DNA of 55,930 bases from Clostridia bacterium. Lineage in GTDB: Bacteria; Bacillota; Sulfobacillia; RBS10-35; JADGHG01. The position numbers and the translations under genes were made by a program. The notes beneath the pieces were generated by a model. It saw only the letters and a list, made by a program, of their open reading frames with translations, did no database searches and had not been told where the DNA came from. The stretch spans positions 1 to 55,930 of the forward strand of contig JADGHG010000001.1 in NCBI GenBank assembly GCA_019689585.1, read 5' to 3'. Shown here in pieces: positions 41,866 through 52,056 of the stretch (position 1 is its first letter; every line of letters starts with the position of its first letter).

Positions 41866-42720
41866 ATGAGGGAGACGAGACGGTGGAACGCCGGGGCGCG
41901 CTCTCTCGCGCTCGCGCTCGCGGCGGCCTCGGCGCTCGTCCTCGCCGCCTGCGGCGGGGGCGGCGGAGGCGCGACGACCGGGGGCGGGTCCGAGGTCCCG
42001 CCGAGCGAGAGCGAGGCCCAGCCGGCCGAGACGCTCGTCGTCGGCACGGAGGCCGAGTACGCGCCCTTCGAGTCGGTCGACGCGAACGGCGACTTCGTCG
42101 GGTTCGACATGGACCTCATCCGGGCGATCGGCAAGGCGGCCGGGTTCACGCCCGACATCCGCAACATGGGCTTCGACGCCCTCATCCCGGCGCTCGTGTC
42201 GGGGCAGATCGACCTCGCCATCTCGGCCATGACGATCACGGACGAGAGGGCGCAGTCCGTCCTCTTCTCCGACCCCTACTTCACCTCGGGCCAGGCGATC
42301 ATGGTGCGCACAGGGAGCCCGATCCGGACGGTCGACGACCTCTCCGGCAAGAAGGTGGGGGTCCAGGCGAGCACGACGGGCCAGTTCGCGGTCGAGAAGC
42401 AGAACGAGGCCTTCCAGAAGGCCGGCAAGGCGGCGGCCCAGATCCAGGCCTACCCGCACTCGCCGGACGCGATCAACGCCCTTCTCACGGGCCAGGTCGA
42501 CGCCGTCGTCATCGATGTGCCGGTGCTCGAGGAGTACCTGAAGAACAACCCCGGGGCCGGCGTCGAGGTGACGGGGCCGCCGTTCACGGTCGAGTACTAC
42601 GGGATCGCGATGGCGCGCACCCGGACCGACCTGGCCGCGCGCGTCAACCGCGCGCTCGCAGAGCTGAAGGCCGACGGCACGTACGACGCCATCTACGCGA
42701 AGTACTTCGGCGGGCGCTAG
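41866..42720 (+). CDS. polar amino-acid ABC transporter substrate-binding lipoprotein
   Basis: ATG 41866 follows GGGGAGGG. Lipobox LVLAACGG. SBP_bac_3 pattern GTEAEYAPFE..GFDMDLIRAIGK..ISAMTITDER. Confidence 0.85.
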   Translation: MRETRRWNAGARSLALALAAASALVLAACGGGGGGATTGGGSEVPPSESEAQPAETLVVGTEAEYAPFESVDANGDFVGFDMDLIRAIGKAAGFTPDIRNMGFDALIPALVSGQIDLAISAMTITDERAQSVLFSDPYFTSGQAIMVRTGSPIRTVDDLSGKKVGVQASTTGQFAVEKQNEAFQKAGKAAAQIQAYPHSPDAINALLTGQVDAVVIDVPVLEEYLKNNPGAGVEVTGPPFTVEYYGIAMARTRTDLAARVNRALAELKADGTYDAIYAKYFGGR

Positions 42721-42729
42721 ACCCGCGCG

Positions 42730-43395
42730 ATGAGCTTCTGGGAAGTCGCGGCGAGGTACTTCCCCTACATCCTCGCCGGCGTCCCGGTCACGCTCGCCCT
42801 CACGGTGCTCGGCATCCTGCCGGGCACCGCCTTCGGGTTCATCCTGGCGATGGGACGGCGGTCGCGGGCGCCCTGGTTCCGGGTGCCCGCGGCCGTCTAC
42901 ATCGATGTCGTGCGCGGCACGCCGCTCGTCGTGCAGGTGTTCTTCTTCGGGTTCGCGCTGCCGTTCCTATTCCACTACTCGCCGCCGCAGTGGCCCACGG
43001 CGGTCGGCGTGCTCGCCTTCAACTCGAGCGCCTACATCGCCGAGATCTTCCGCGCGGCGATCGGGGGCGTGCCGCGGGGCCAGTGGGAGGCGGCCCGCTC
43101 GCTCGGGCTCACGCACAACCAGGCGCTCTTCCGCGTCATCCTGCCGCAGGCGCTGCGGATCGCCATCCCGCCCTGGGGGAACGAGTTCGTGGCGCTCCTC
43201 AAGGACTCGTCGCTCCTCTTCCTCATCGGCGTGGCCGAGCTCACGACGCGCGGCTCGCTCGCCCAAGGGCACAACTTCCGCCCGGAGGTCGACTGGGCGA
43301 TCGTGGCCTTCCTCTACCTCGTCTTCACCGTGCCGCTCATGCACGTCGTGCGGCGCCTCGAGGGGAGGTTCACCGGCGGTGGTCGTGCTTTCTGA
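42730..43395 (+). CDS. amino-acid ABC transporter permease
   Basis: EAA loop [44 protein letters not shown]. Confidence 0.9.
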   Translation: MSFWEVAARYFPYILAGVPVTLALTVLGILPGTAFGFILAMGRRSRAPWFRVPAAVYIDVVRGTPLVVQVFFFGFALPFLFHYSPPQWPTAVGVLAFNSSAYIAEIFRAAIGGVPRGQWEAARSLGLTHNQALFRVILPQALRIAIPPWGNEFVALLKDSSLLFLIGVAELTTRGSLAQGHNFRPEVDWAIVAFLYLVFTVPLMHVVRRLEGRFTGGGRAF

Positions 43396-44101
43396 CGTGT
43401 GGAAACGCTTCGGCCCGGTCGAGGTCTTGCGCGGGGTCGACCTGGCCGTCGAGCGGGGCGAGGTGCTCGTGCTCCTCGGTCCCTCGGGTTCGGGCAAGAG
43501 CACGCTCCTTCGGTGCATGAACGGGCTCACGCCCGTCGACCGGGGCCGCGTCGAGATCGCCGGCGAGCCGCTCCCCAAGCGCGAGGCCGACCTCAACCGG
43601 CTGCGGGCCAAAGTCGGCATGGTCTTCCAGCAGTTCAACCTCTTCCCGCACCTCACGGCCCTCGGCAACATCACGCTCGCGCCCCGCCTCGTGCTCGGCC
43701 TCTCGCGCGCCGAGGCGGAGGCGCGGGCGCGCGAGCTCCTGCGGCGGGTCGGCCTGCCCGACAAGGCCGACGCCTATCCGGCCGAGCTCTCGGGCGGGCA
43801 GCAGCAGCGGGTCGCCATCGCGCGCGCCCTCGCCATGGAGCCCAAGGTGATGCTCTTCGACGAGCCGACCTCGGCGCTCGACCCCGAGATGATCCAGGAG
43901 GTGCTCGACGTGATGCGCGACCTCGCGCGGAGCGGCATGACGATGGTCGTCGTGAGCCACGAGATGGGCTTCGCCCGCGAGGTGGCCGACCGGGTGGCGC
44001 TCCTCTTCGACGGCCGCATCGTCGAGCAAGGCCCGCCCGACGAGGTCTTCCGGCGCCCGCGCCACCCGCGCGCCCAGGCCTTCCTGGCGAAGATCCTGTG
44101 A
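43379..44101 (+). CDS. amino-acid ABC transporter ATP-binding protein
   Basis: [46 protein letters not shown] 43379 lies 9 nt after GAGGGGAGG. Confidence 0.95.
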   Translation: MVVLSDVWKRFGPVEVLRGVDLAVERGEVLVLLGPSGSGKSTLLRCMNGLTPVDRGRVEIAGEPLPKREADLNRLRAKVGMVFQQFNLFPHLTALGNITLAPRLVLGLSRAEAEARARELLRRVGLPDKADAYPAELSGGQQQRVAIARALAMEPKVMLFDEPTSALDPEMIQEVLDVMRDLARSGMTMVVVSHEMGFAREVADRVALLFDGRIVEQGPPDEVFRRPRHPRAQAFLAKIL

Positions 44102-45492
44102 AGTCGCGTACGAGCGGGAACCGCGAGGGGCGACCGTCGTCCCAACTGTACGGACGGCCCGCGGGAGAGTTCTCCGCGGCCGGGCACATTCGCGTCTTGG
44201 GGGGCCCCGTCACCTTGTTCCCCGCCAGGGCAGGAGGCCGGCGCCGCCGCGGCCGCGGCTTCCGCCCGCTCCTCGCGGTCGTCTGGATCGTCTGCCTCGC
44301 CTCCCTATCCGTTCTCGTCACCGGGCGACCGTCCGCGGGAGCTGCGGCCGCCACGCCGTCCCAGTCCCCGCCCTCCGAGGCGGCGGGGGTGACGCTCGCC
44401 TTCCCCGAAGTGGCGCCGCCGGCGATCCAGGCGCAGAGCGCCGTGCTCATGGAGGCCGAGACGGGGCTCGTCCTCTTCGCCCTCGACCCCGAGCGGCCCG
44501 AGCCGCCCGCGAGCCTCGCCAAGGTGATGACGGTCGACCTCGCTCTCGAGGACCTCGAGGCCGGCCGCATCGCCCTCGCCGACGAGGTCCCGGTCAGCGA
44601 GAAGGCCTGGCGGCTCGCGAAGGACCCGACGCTCTCGCGCATGTTCATCGAGCCGGGGCTCCCCGTCACGGTGGATCAGCTCCTCTACGGCATCATGGTC
44701 TCGTCGGGGAACGACGCCGCCGTGGCGCTCGCCGAGTACCTCGGCCACGGCAGCGAGGACGCCTTCGTCACGCGCATGAACGAGCGCGCGCAGGAGCTCG
44801 GCATGCGCGGCACGCGCTTTGCCGACGCGGCCGGCCTCGGCCCGGGCGGCGAGACGACGGCCCTCGACATGGCCCGGCTCGCCCGCCACGCCATCCTCGC
44901 CCACCCCGAGATCCTCGCGTACAGCCGGACGAAGGAGTACCGGTACAACATCGCCACGCCGCAGCCGAACTACAACGCCCTCCTCTTCCGCGACCCGCGC
45001 GTCGACGGTCTCAAGACCGGCAACATCGGCGGGCTGTTCCACCTCGTCGCCACCGGGATCGCGGACGGGACGCGCCTCATCGCCGTCGTGATGGGGACGT
45101 CGAGCGAAAGGGCGCGCGCCGACCAGGCCGAGGCGCTCCTCGACTGGGGCTTCCGCTCGTTCGCGGCCGAGGTGGCCGAGGGGCGCGTGGCGCTCCCCGT
45201 CTACAAGGGCGCCTCCCCGCGCGCGACGGCCTCGTATCGCGTCGCCTACGTGGCGCCCCGCGACCTCGAGGCGGCCGGCCTGCGCGTGACGACCGCGCGC
45301 GAGCTGCCGGACTACCTCGTCGCGCCGGTCGAGCGCGGCCAGGTCGTCGGGACGGCCACGGTCCAGGTCGGCGACCAGGCCTTCCGGGGCGAGATCCGGG
45401 CGGACCAGGCCGTCGAGCGGGGCGGCTTCTTTCGCGTCGTCTGGGACAGCCTCCGGCTCGTCCTGAGACGCCTCGTGCACCTGGGGCGCTAG
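44098..45492 (+). CDS. D-alanyl-D-alanine carboxypeptidase (S11), second paralog
   Basis: SLAKVMT (SxxK), SGNDAA (SxN), KTGNIGG (KTG). The start is uncertain: GTG 44098 (GTGA overlap with the ATPase), TTG 44197 or TTG 44215. Confidence 0.8.
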   Translation: MKSRTSGNREGRPSSQLYGRPAGEFSAAGHIRVLGGPVTLFPARAGGRRRRGRGFRPLLAVVWIVCLASLSVLVTGRPSAGAAAATPSQSPPSEAAGVTLAFPEVAPPAIQAQSAVLMEAETGLVLFALDPERPEPPASLAKVMTVDLALEDLEAGRIALADEVPVSEKAWRLAKDPTLSRMFIEPGLPVTVDQLLYGIMVSSGNDAAVALAEYLGHGSEDAFVTRMNERAQELGMRGTRFADAAGLGPGGETTALDMARLARHAILAHPEILAYSRTKEYRYNIATPQPNYNALLFRDPRVDGLKTGNIGGLFHLVATGIADGTRLIAVVMGTSSERARADQAEALLDWGFRSFAAEVAEGRVALPVYKGASPRATASYRVAYVAPRDLEAAGLRVTTARELPDYLVAPVERGQVVGTATVQVGDQAFRGEIRADQAVERGGFFRVVWDSLRLVLRRLVHLGR

Positions 45493-45503
45493 GCCTGGAA
45501 CGA

Positions 45504-45529
45504 GGCGCCGCGGCAGGAACGGCGGCGCG
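45504..45529 (+). terminator. 8-bp GC hairpin after the second DD-carboxypeptidase (weak terminator candidate)
   Basis: GGCGCCGC-10 nt-GCGGCGCC, 12 nt after the stop. No U-tract. Confidence 0.2.
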
Positions 45530-45555
45530 CGTCCGGAAGTTAGCGCGCGGCGGAG

Positions 45556-48345
45556 GTGGAAGGGCGGGTGCGGCGGCGCCGGCTCGTCTGGACGTTCGTC
45601 ATCGTCGTGGCGGTCGTCTTCTTCCTGGGCAACCGCTTCGCGCGCACCTACGTCGACCTCCTCTGGTTCGGCCAGCTCGGCTACGCGTCCGTCTTCTGGA
45701 CGTCGCTCCTCTCGCGCTGGCTTCTCGCCCTCGCGGGCGGGCTCGTCTACGGCGTCGTCACGTTCGTCAACCTGTGGGTCGCGCGCGGGAGCCTCGGCCA
45801 GATCCCGCCCGAGGTCGTGCCGCCCGAGTACCAGGCGTGGTTCCGGCAGCGCCGGCTCGGGTTCCTTCTAGCGCTCGCGGCCGCCCTGGTCGCCTTCGTG
45901 GCCGGCCTCTCGATCGGGTCGGAGTGGCTCACGGTGCTCCGCTTCCTCCACGCCACGCCCTTCGGCGGCGAGCCCGACCCGGTCTTCGGGCGCGACGTCG
46001 GGTTCTTCGTCTTCACGCGCCCCTTCGAGCTCCTCGTCTACCGGGCGCTCACCACACTCTTCTTCCTCGACGCCGTGATCGTGGCAGCCGTCTACTTCGT
46101 CGGCGGCTTCCTCAACGTCTTCGCCGGGCGGCTGCAGCTCCACCCGCGCGCGCGGGCGCACCTCGCCGCGCTCGTCGCGGCCTTCTTCCTGCTCAAAGCC
46201 TGGGGCTACGTCCTCTCCGCGTACGGGCTCGACCTCTCCTCGCGCGGCGTCGCCTTCGGCGCGAGCTACACCGACGTGCACGCGATGCTGCCGGCCCTGC
46301 GCGTCCTCACCTTCGCGGCGCTCGCCGTGGCCGCTCTCGCGCTCGCGAACGTCTTCCGGCCCCTCGTGCGGCCGCTCGCATACGGCGTCGGCGCGCTCGT
46401 CGCGCTCTCGCTCGCGCTCGGCTCGCTCTGGCCCTGGGCGCTCCAGGAGTTCGTCGTGAAGCCGAACGAGATCGTGCGCGAGACGCCGTACATCAAGCGC
46501 AACATCGACTTCACGCGGCGCGCCTACCGGCTCGACGCCATCGAGACGCGCGACTTCCCGGCCGACGAGACGCTCACGGCCCAGGACGTCTCGGTCGACA
46601 ACCCGACGATCGCGAACGTGCGCCTCTGGGACTGGCAGGTGCTCGGTCAGGCCTACCAGCAGCTCCAGGGGTTGCGCTCGTACTACTCGTTCGACGAGAT
46701 GGACATCGACCGCTACACGGTCGACGGCGAGCTCCGCCAGGTGCTCCTTGCCGCGCGCGAGATCGACTACACGAAGCTGCCGGTTCAGACCTGGATCAAC
46801 CTGCACATCAAGTACACGCACGGCTACGGCGCGGCCGTGAGCCCGGCGGCGCGCGTCGGGCCGGACGGCTTCCCGGACTACTACGCGAAGGACGTCCCGC
46901 CGGTCGCGAGCGATCCCACGTTCCAGATCACGCGGCCCGAGATCTACTTCGGCGAGCAGACCGACCCCTACGCGCTCGTCAAGACCCGGGAGCAGGAGTT
47001 CGACTACCCGAAGGGCGAGACGAACTCGTACACGACGTACCAGGGCAAGGGGGGCATCCCGGTCGGGCCGATCCTGAACCGGGTGGCCTTCGCCCTCGCC
47101 GTGCAGAACTACAACGTGCTCTTCAGCGGAGCGATCACGGCCGACTCGCGCGCCCTCATCTACCGCAACATCCGGGACCGCGTGACGCGCCTCGCCCCGT
47201 ACCTCTCCTACGACCAGGACCCCTACCTCGTCATCGACAAGGGGCGTCTCCTCTGGATCCAGGACGCCTACACGACCACGGGCGACTTCCCGTACTCGGA
47301 GCCCACGAACGTCACGGGGCCGGTACCGCCCGGCACCAACTACATCCGCAACAGCGTCAAGATCGTGATCGACGCCTACGACGGCGACGTGACCTTCTAC
47401 GTCGCCGACCCGGAGGACCCGCTGATCCGGACGTACGCGAAGATCTTCCCCAAGCTCTACCGGCCGCTCTCAGAGCTCCCGCCCGAGCTCGTCGCCCACC
47501 TCCGCTACCCGGAGTACCTCTTCGACGTGCAGGGCATGGCCTACGCCAAGTACCACATGACCGACCCGCAGGTCTTCTACAACAGCGAGGACCAGTGGCA
47601 GCCGGCCCTCGAGCTCCTCGGGCCCGAGCCCCAGCCCGTCCAGGCCTACTACGCCATCCTCGAGCTGCCGGGCGAGAGCCAGCCCGAGTTCGTGCTCCTC
47701 CGGCCGTACACGCCCCTCCGGCGGACGAACATGGTCGCCTGGCTCGGGGCCCGCTCCGACCCCGGCCACTACGGCCAGCTCATCGCCTTCCTCTTCCCGA
47801 AGGACAAGAACGTCCTCGGGCCGCAGCAGATCGAGTCGACGATCAACTCGACGCCCGCCATCGCGCAGCAGCTCACGCTCTGGAACCAGCAGGGCTCGCA
47901 GGTCTTGCGCGGGAACTTGCTCGTCATCCCGATCAAGACGTCGCTCCTCTACGTCGAGCCGCTCTACCTCCAGGGCACGAACTCGCCGCTTCCCCGGCTC
48001 CAGCGCGTCATCGTGGCCTACGACAACGAGGTCGCGATGCAGCCGACCCTCGAGGAGGCGCTGGCGCAGATCTTCGGGGAAGGCGTCGGCGTGCCGCCGC
48101 CCGGGGGGGCGGGTGGCGGCGGGACGGCGCCCCCGTCCGGCGAGACGGTGCCGGATCTCGTCGCGCAGGCCGAGGCGCTCTACGATGAGGCGCTCGACGC
48201 GCTCCGAAACGGCGACTTCGCCACGTACGGCCAGCGCATCGAAGAGCTGGGAGCCCTCCTCGACCGGATCGCCACCGAACTCGGCCTGCCGTCGGAGGGC
48301 GCCCCTGCGCCGCCCGCATCGGGCGCGGGCGCCCCTTCGCGCTAG
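45556..48345 (+). CDS. UPF0182 family large membrane protein
   Basis: About 930 aa. N-terminal multi-TM region with [12 protein letters not shown], then a large soluble part ([41 protein letters not shown]) characteristic of UPF0182/COG1615. GTG 45568 is an alternative start. Confidence 0.85.
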   Translation: MEGRVRRRRLVWTFVIVVAVVFFLGNRFARTYVDLLWFGQLGYASVFWTSLLSRWLLALAGGLVYGVVTFVNLWVARGSLGQIPPEVVPPEYQAWFRQRRLGFLLALAAALVAFVAGLSIGSEWLTVLRFLHATPFGGEPDPVFGRDVGFFVFTRPFELLVYRALTTLFFLDAVIVAAVYFVGGFLNVFAGRLQLHPRARAHLAALVAAFFLLKAWGYVLSAYGLDLSSRGVAFGASYTDVHAMLPALRVLTFAALAVAALALANVFRPLVRPLAYGVGALVALSLALGSLWPWALQEFVVKPNEIVRETPYIKRNIDFTRRAYRLDAIETRDFPADETLTAQDVSVDNPTIANVRLWDWQVLGQAYQQLQGLRSYYSFDEMDIDRYTVDGELRQVLLAAREIDYTKLPVQTWINLHIKYTHGYGAAVSPAARVGPDGFPDYYAKDVPPVASDPTFQITRPEIYFGEQTDPYALVKTREQEFDYPKGETNSYTTYQGKGGIPVGPILNRVAFALAVQNYNVLFSGAITADSRALIYRNIRDRVTRLAPYLSYDQDPYLVIDKGRLLWIQDAYTTTGDFPYSEPTNVTGPVPPGTNYIRNSVKIVIDAYDGDVTFYVADPEDPLIRTYAKIFPKLYRPLSELPPELVAHLRYPEYLFDVQGMAYAKYHMTDPQVFYNSEDQWQPALELLGPEPQPVQAYYAILELPGESQPEFVLLRPYTPLRRTNMVAWLGARSDPGHYGQLIAFLFPKDKNVLGPQQIESTINSTPAIAQQLTLWNQQGSQVLRGNLLVIPIKTSLLYVEPLYLQGTNSPLPRLQRVIVAYDNEVAMQPTLEEALAQIFGEGVGVPPPGGAGGGGTAPPSGETVPDLVAQAEALYDEALDALRNGDFATYGQRIEELGALLDRIATELGLPSEGAPAPPASGAGAPSR

Positions 48346-48419
48346 CGGGGAAGCGGCGCCCGAGCACGAGGAATGCGGACCCGGCCGGGGAATCTTGCCA
48401 TACACCGGGAGAGGTGCCG

Positions 48420-49763
48420 ATGGAGCCGGAGCTCGCCGAGCGGGAAGGGAAGCGGAAGGAGGTCGAGGGGCGACCGGTCGTCCGCATCGCGGAGATCGCC
48501 GACTTCGCCGGGCGGGAGGTCGCGATCGAAGGCTGGCTCTACAACCGGCGCTCCTCGGGGCGGCTGGCCTTCCTCCTTTTGAGGGACGGCACGGGCGTGC
48601 TCCAGTGCCTTCTCGCCCGGGACCGCTTGGGCGAGAAGGCCTTCGCCGAAGCGGAGGCCGTGCCGCAGGAGGCGTCCTTGACCGCCTGGGGCACGGTGCG
48701 GGCGGACAGCCGCGCGCCCGGCGGCTTCGAGCTCTCGCTCGCCGGCTTCACCGTCCACCAGGGCGAGCCGGACTACCCGATCACGCGGAAGGAGCACGGT
48801 CCCGAGTTCCTCCTCGACCACCGCCACCTCTGGATCCGCACGCCGCGTCAGGCGGCGATCCTGCGCATCCGGTCCCAGGCCGAGTGGGCCTTCCAGGAGT
48901 TCTTGAACGAGCGCGGCTTCGTTCGCGTCGACGGGCCGATCCTCACGCCGAACGCCGTCGAGGGGACGACGACGCTCTTCCGCGCCGACTACTTCGGCGA
49001 ACCGGCATACCTCACGCAGAGCTCGCAGCTGTACGCCGAGGCGGCCGCGATGGCGCTCGGGCGCGTCTACGCCTTCGGGCCGACCTTCCGGGCCGAGAAG
49101 TCGAAGACGCGCCGCCACCTCGTCGAGTTCTGGATGCTGGAGCCCGAGGTCGCCTACGCGACCCACGAGGACGTGATGCGGCTCGCCGAGGAGCTCGTGG
49201 CGTACGCGGTCGCCCGCGTGCTCGCCCGCTGCGAGCCTGAGCTCCGCACGCTCGGGCGCGACCTGGCGCCCCTCCGGCGGGTCGTCCCGCCCTTCCCCGT
49301 CGTCTCGTACGACGAGGCGGTCGAGCTCGTCCGGCGCTCGGGGCTCGAGATGGAGTGGGGCGACGACTTCGGCGCGCCCCAGGAGACGGCCGTCGCGACC
49401 GCCTTCGACCGGCCCGTCTTCGTCGAGCGGTACCCGGCGAAGGCGAAGGCGTTCTACATGCAGCCCGACCCGGCACGGCCGGAGGTCGTCCTCTGCGCCG
49501 ACCTCCTCGCCCCGGAAGGCTACGGGGAGATCGTGGGCGGAAGCCAGCGCATCCACGACCTCGACCTCCTGCGCGAGCGGATCGCCCAGTTCGGCCTCCC
49601 GGAGGAGGCCTTCCGCTGGTACCTCGACCTCCGGCGCTGGGGCTCGGTGCCGCACAGCGGGTTCGGCCTCGGGCTCGAGCGGTTCCTGGCCTGGATCTGC
49701 GGCCTTCGGCATATTCGAGAGACGATCCCGTTTCCGCGCCTTCTCAACCGGCTGACGCCGTAA
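48420..49763 (+). CDS. asnS: asparagine--tRNA ligase
   Basis: [84 protein letters not shown] 48420 lies 7 nt after GGGAGAGG. Confidence 0.9.
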   Translation: MEPELAEREGKRKEVEGRPVVRIAEIADFAGREVAIEGWLYNRRSSGRLAFLLLRDGTGVLQCLLARDRLGEKAFAEAEAVPQEASLTAWGTVRADSRAPGGFELSLAGFTVHQGEPDYPITRKEHGPEFLLDHRHLWIRTPRQAAILRIRSQAEWAFQEFLNERGFVRVDGPILTPNAVEGTTTLFRADYFGEPAYLTQSSQLYAEAAAMALGRVYAFGPTFRAEKSKTRRHLVEFWMLEPEVAYATHEDVMRLAEELVAYAVARVLARCEPELRTLGRDLAPLRRVVPPFPVVSYDEAVELVRRSGLEMEWGDDFGAPQETAVATAFDRPVFVERYPAKAKAFYMQPDPARPEVVLCADLLAPEGYGEIVGGSQRIHDLDLLRERIAQFGLPEEAFRWYLDLRRWGSVPHSGFGLGLERFLAWICGLRHIRETIPFPRLLNRLTP

Positions 49764-49784
49764 GGCGGGGGCGCGAGGGAGGCG

Positions 49785-50720
49785 ATGGCGGTGGAGGAGA
49801 TCGCCCGCCGCCTGCGCGAGCGGCGGGAGGCGCTCGGCCTCACCCTCGCCCAGGCCCAGGCGGCGACGCGCATCCGCACGCGCTATCTCGCGGCGCTCGA
49901 AGCGGGCGACCTGGCCGCCATCCCGGGCATGGTCTACGTGCGCGGCTACCTGCGCGCGTACGCCGAGTTCCTGGGCCTCGACCCGACGACGCTCATCGAA
50001 GACTTCGAGCGCGCGATGGGGGGGCCGGGCGCGGCCGCGCCGGAGGCAGCCGGCCCGGGGGCGGCCGGTCCCGGCCGCAGCGCCCCCGGCGCCGTGGGCC
50101 GTCCGCCCTCCCGCGAGCGCGGCCGCCGGCCTGCGGCCCAAGGCGGCCGGGGCGAACGGCCCGCGCGCGAATACGGCCTCGCCGGCCCCGAGCCGCTCCG
50201 CCCGCCGCGCCGGGGCTCCGGCTGGTTCGTGCTCGCCGCCTTGGCCGTCGCGGCCGCCCTCTGGTACTGGTTCGGCACGGCCCACGCCGGCCGCACGCCC
50301 GGCGCCGGGCCGCCGGCCTCCGAGGTCGGGGCTGCCCCGTCGGAGGCGGCGCCCTCGGAGCCGACGCCCCCCTCGGAGGCACCACCCTCGGAGGCGGCCC
50401 GCCCGCCGACCGTGACGCGCGCGGTCGCCCAAGACGGCACGATCGTCTTCACCGTGGCCGGCGCCGACGAGGTCCTCGCCACGCTCACCTTCACCGGCGA
50501 CTGCTGGGTCGAGGGACGGGCCGACGGCGCGAGCCTCGGCCCTGGGGTGACCCACCACGAAGGGGAATCCCTCACCTGGCGCGCGGCGCACCGGCTCGAG
50601 TTCGTCGCCGGCTACGCGCCGGCCCTCCACCTCTCGATCGCCGGCATCGACCAAGGACCGCTCGACACGGCCCCCGTCGTCCGCCGGGTGGCCATCGAGC
50701 TCCAGCCCGCCTCCCACTAG
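49785..50720 (+). CDS. rodZ: RodZ-like cytoskeleton protein (HTH plus TM plus DUF4115)
   Basis: LRERREALGLTLAQAQAATRIRTRYLAALEAGDLAAIPGMVYVRGYLRAYAEFLGLD, a low-complexity linker, a TM helix (WFVLAALAVAAALWYWF), and a C-terminal beta domain. Confidence 0.75.
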   Translation: MAVEEIARRLRERREALGLTLAQAQAATRIRTRYLAALEAGDLAAIPGMVYVRGYLRAYAEFLGLDPTTLIEDFERAMGGPGAAAPEAAGPGAAGPGRSAPGAVGRPPSRERGRRPAAQGGRGERPAREYGLAGPEPLRPPRRGSGWFVLAALAVAAALWYWFGTAHAGRTPGAGPPASEVGAAPSEAAPSEPTPPSEAPPSEAARPPTVTRAVAQDGTIVFTVAGADEVLATLTFTGDCWVEGRADGASLGPGVTHHEGESLTWRAAHRLEFVAGYAPALHLSIAGIDQGPLDTAPVVRRVAIELQPASH

Positions 50721-50775
50721 CCGGGCCGACCGCTCCGCCGCGTGGAGGCGCCGCGCGACACACATACTGTCGCCC

Positions 50776-52056
50776 GTGGACGGCTCGTTCGCCGACCCGC
50801 CCCGTCGGTCCGGGGCGCTGTCACGGCTTGTGCGCGCCCTCGTCCCGGGCGTCGTCGCCTTCGGCTTCGTCGCCTCTTCCGTCGCGAGCGCGTCCCCCTA
50901 CTCGTGGGAGGACGACCGCCCCAAAGGGCTCGGCTTCCCCGTGGCCGCGCCGGCCGAGCCCGCGCCCGGGGCGCCCGGGGAGGCGCCGGCCGCCGCGAAG
51001 GAGCCTCCGCCCCGCGTCACGGCCGACGCCTACGTCCTCATGGATCTCGCCAGCGGCCGCGTGCTCGCCCAGCGTAACGCGCACGAGAGGCGGGCCCCCG
51101 CCAGCACCACGAAGATCATGACGGCCGTCCTGGCGTTCGAGCTCGGCCGGCCCGACGACGTCGTGGTCGTGAGCCCGGCCGCGGCTGCCACCCCGGGCTC
51201 GTCCGCGCACCTCCGGCCCGGTGACCGCTACCGCCTGCGGGACCTCGTGCTGGCGCTCCTCCTGCGCTCGGGAAACGACGCCGCCGTCGCGATCGCCCAG
51301 CACCTCGCGGGGAGCGTCTCCGCCTTCGCCGGGCTCATGAACGACGAAGCGCGTCTTCTCGGCCTGCGCGACACGCGCTTTCAGAACCCCCACGGCCTCA
51401 CCGCCCCGGGTCACTACACGAGCGCCTACGACCTCGCCCGGCTGGCCCGGTATGCCATGGCGTTCCCGGAGTTCCGCGCGGCCGTCGCGAGGAGCGAGGC
51501 CGAGATCCGCGGCCAGGACGCGGGCGGGCGCGAGATCGTGCGCCGCCTCCGGAACACGAACCGGCTCCTCGCCTACGGCTGGGTGACGGGCGTGAAGACG
51601 GGGACGACGGCGGCCGCCGGGGACTGCCTCGTCGCCTCGGGCGAGAGGGAGGGGGAGTCGCTCGTGGCCGTCGTGCTGCACAGCGACGACCGCTGGTCCG
51701 ACGCCCTCGCGCTTCTCGACTGGGGCTTCCGCGAGTTCGAGGAGCGGACGCTCGCGACGGTCGACGCGCCGGTCGCGCGGCTACCGGTCGTCGGCGGGAC
51801 GCGGGCGGCCGTCGCGGTGCGGCCGGCTGCCGACCTGCGCCTGGCCGTGAGCCGCCTCGAAGCCCCCGAGGTGCGCGTGAGCCTCGAGCTCCCGGCGCGC
51901 GTCGAGGCGCCCGTGGCAGCCGGCGCCTACCTCGGGCGGCTCGTCGCCTGGGCGGGCTCCGAGCGGCTCGGGGACGTGCCGCTCGTCGCGGGCGAGACGG
52001 TCGCCCGGGGCCGCATCCTGCGCCTCTTCCGGCCGCGGCCGGCCGCCTTCCCCTGA
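50776..52056 (+). CDS. D-alanyl-D-alanine carboxypeptidase (S11), third paralog
   Basis: ASTTKIMT (SxxK), SGNDAA (SxN), KTGTTAAAG (KTG). GTG start. Confidence 0.85.
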   Translation: MDGSFADPPRRSGALSRLVRALVPGVVAFGFVASSVASASPYSWEDDRPKGLGFPVAAPAEPAPGAPGEAPAAAKEPPPRVTADAYVLMDLASGRVLAQRNAHERRAPASTTKIMTAVLAFELGRPDDVVVVSPAAAATPGSSAHLRPGDRYRLRDLVLALLLRSGNDAAVAIAQHLAGSVSAFAGLMNDEARLLGLRDTRFQNPHGLTAPGHYTSAYDLARLARYAMAFPEFRAAVARSEAEIRGQDAGGREIVRRLRNTNRLLAYGWVTGVKTGTTAAAGDCLVASGEREGESLVAVVLHSDDRWSDALALLDWGFREFEERTLATVDAPVARLPVVGGTRAAVAVRPAADLRLAVSRLEAPEVRVSLELPARVEAPVAAGAYLGRLVAWAGSERLGDVPLVAGETVARGRILRLFRPRPAAFP

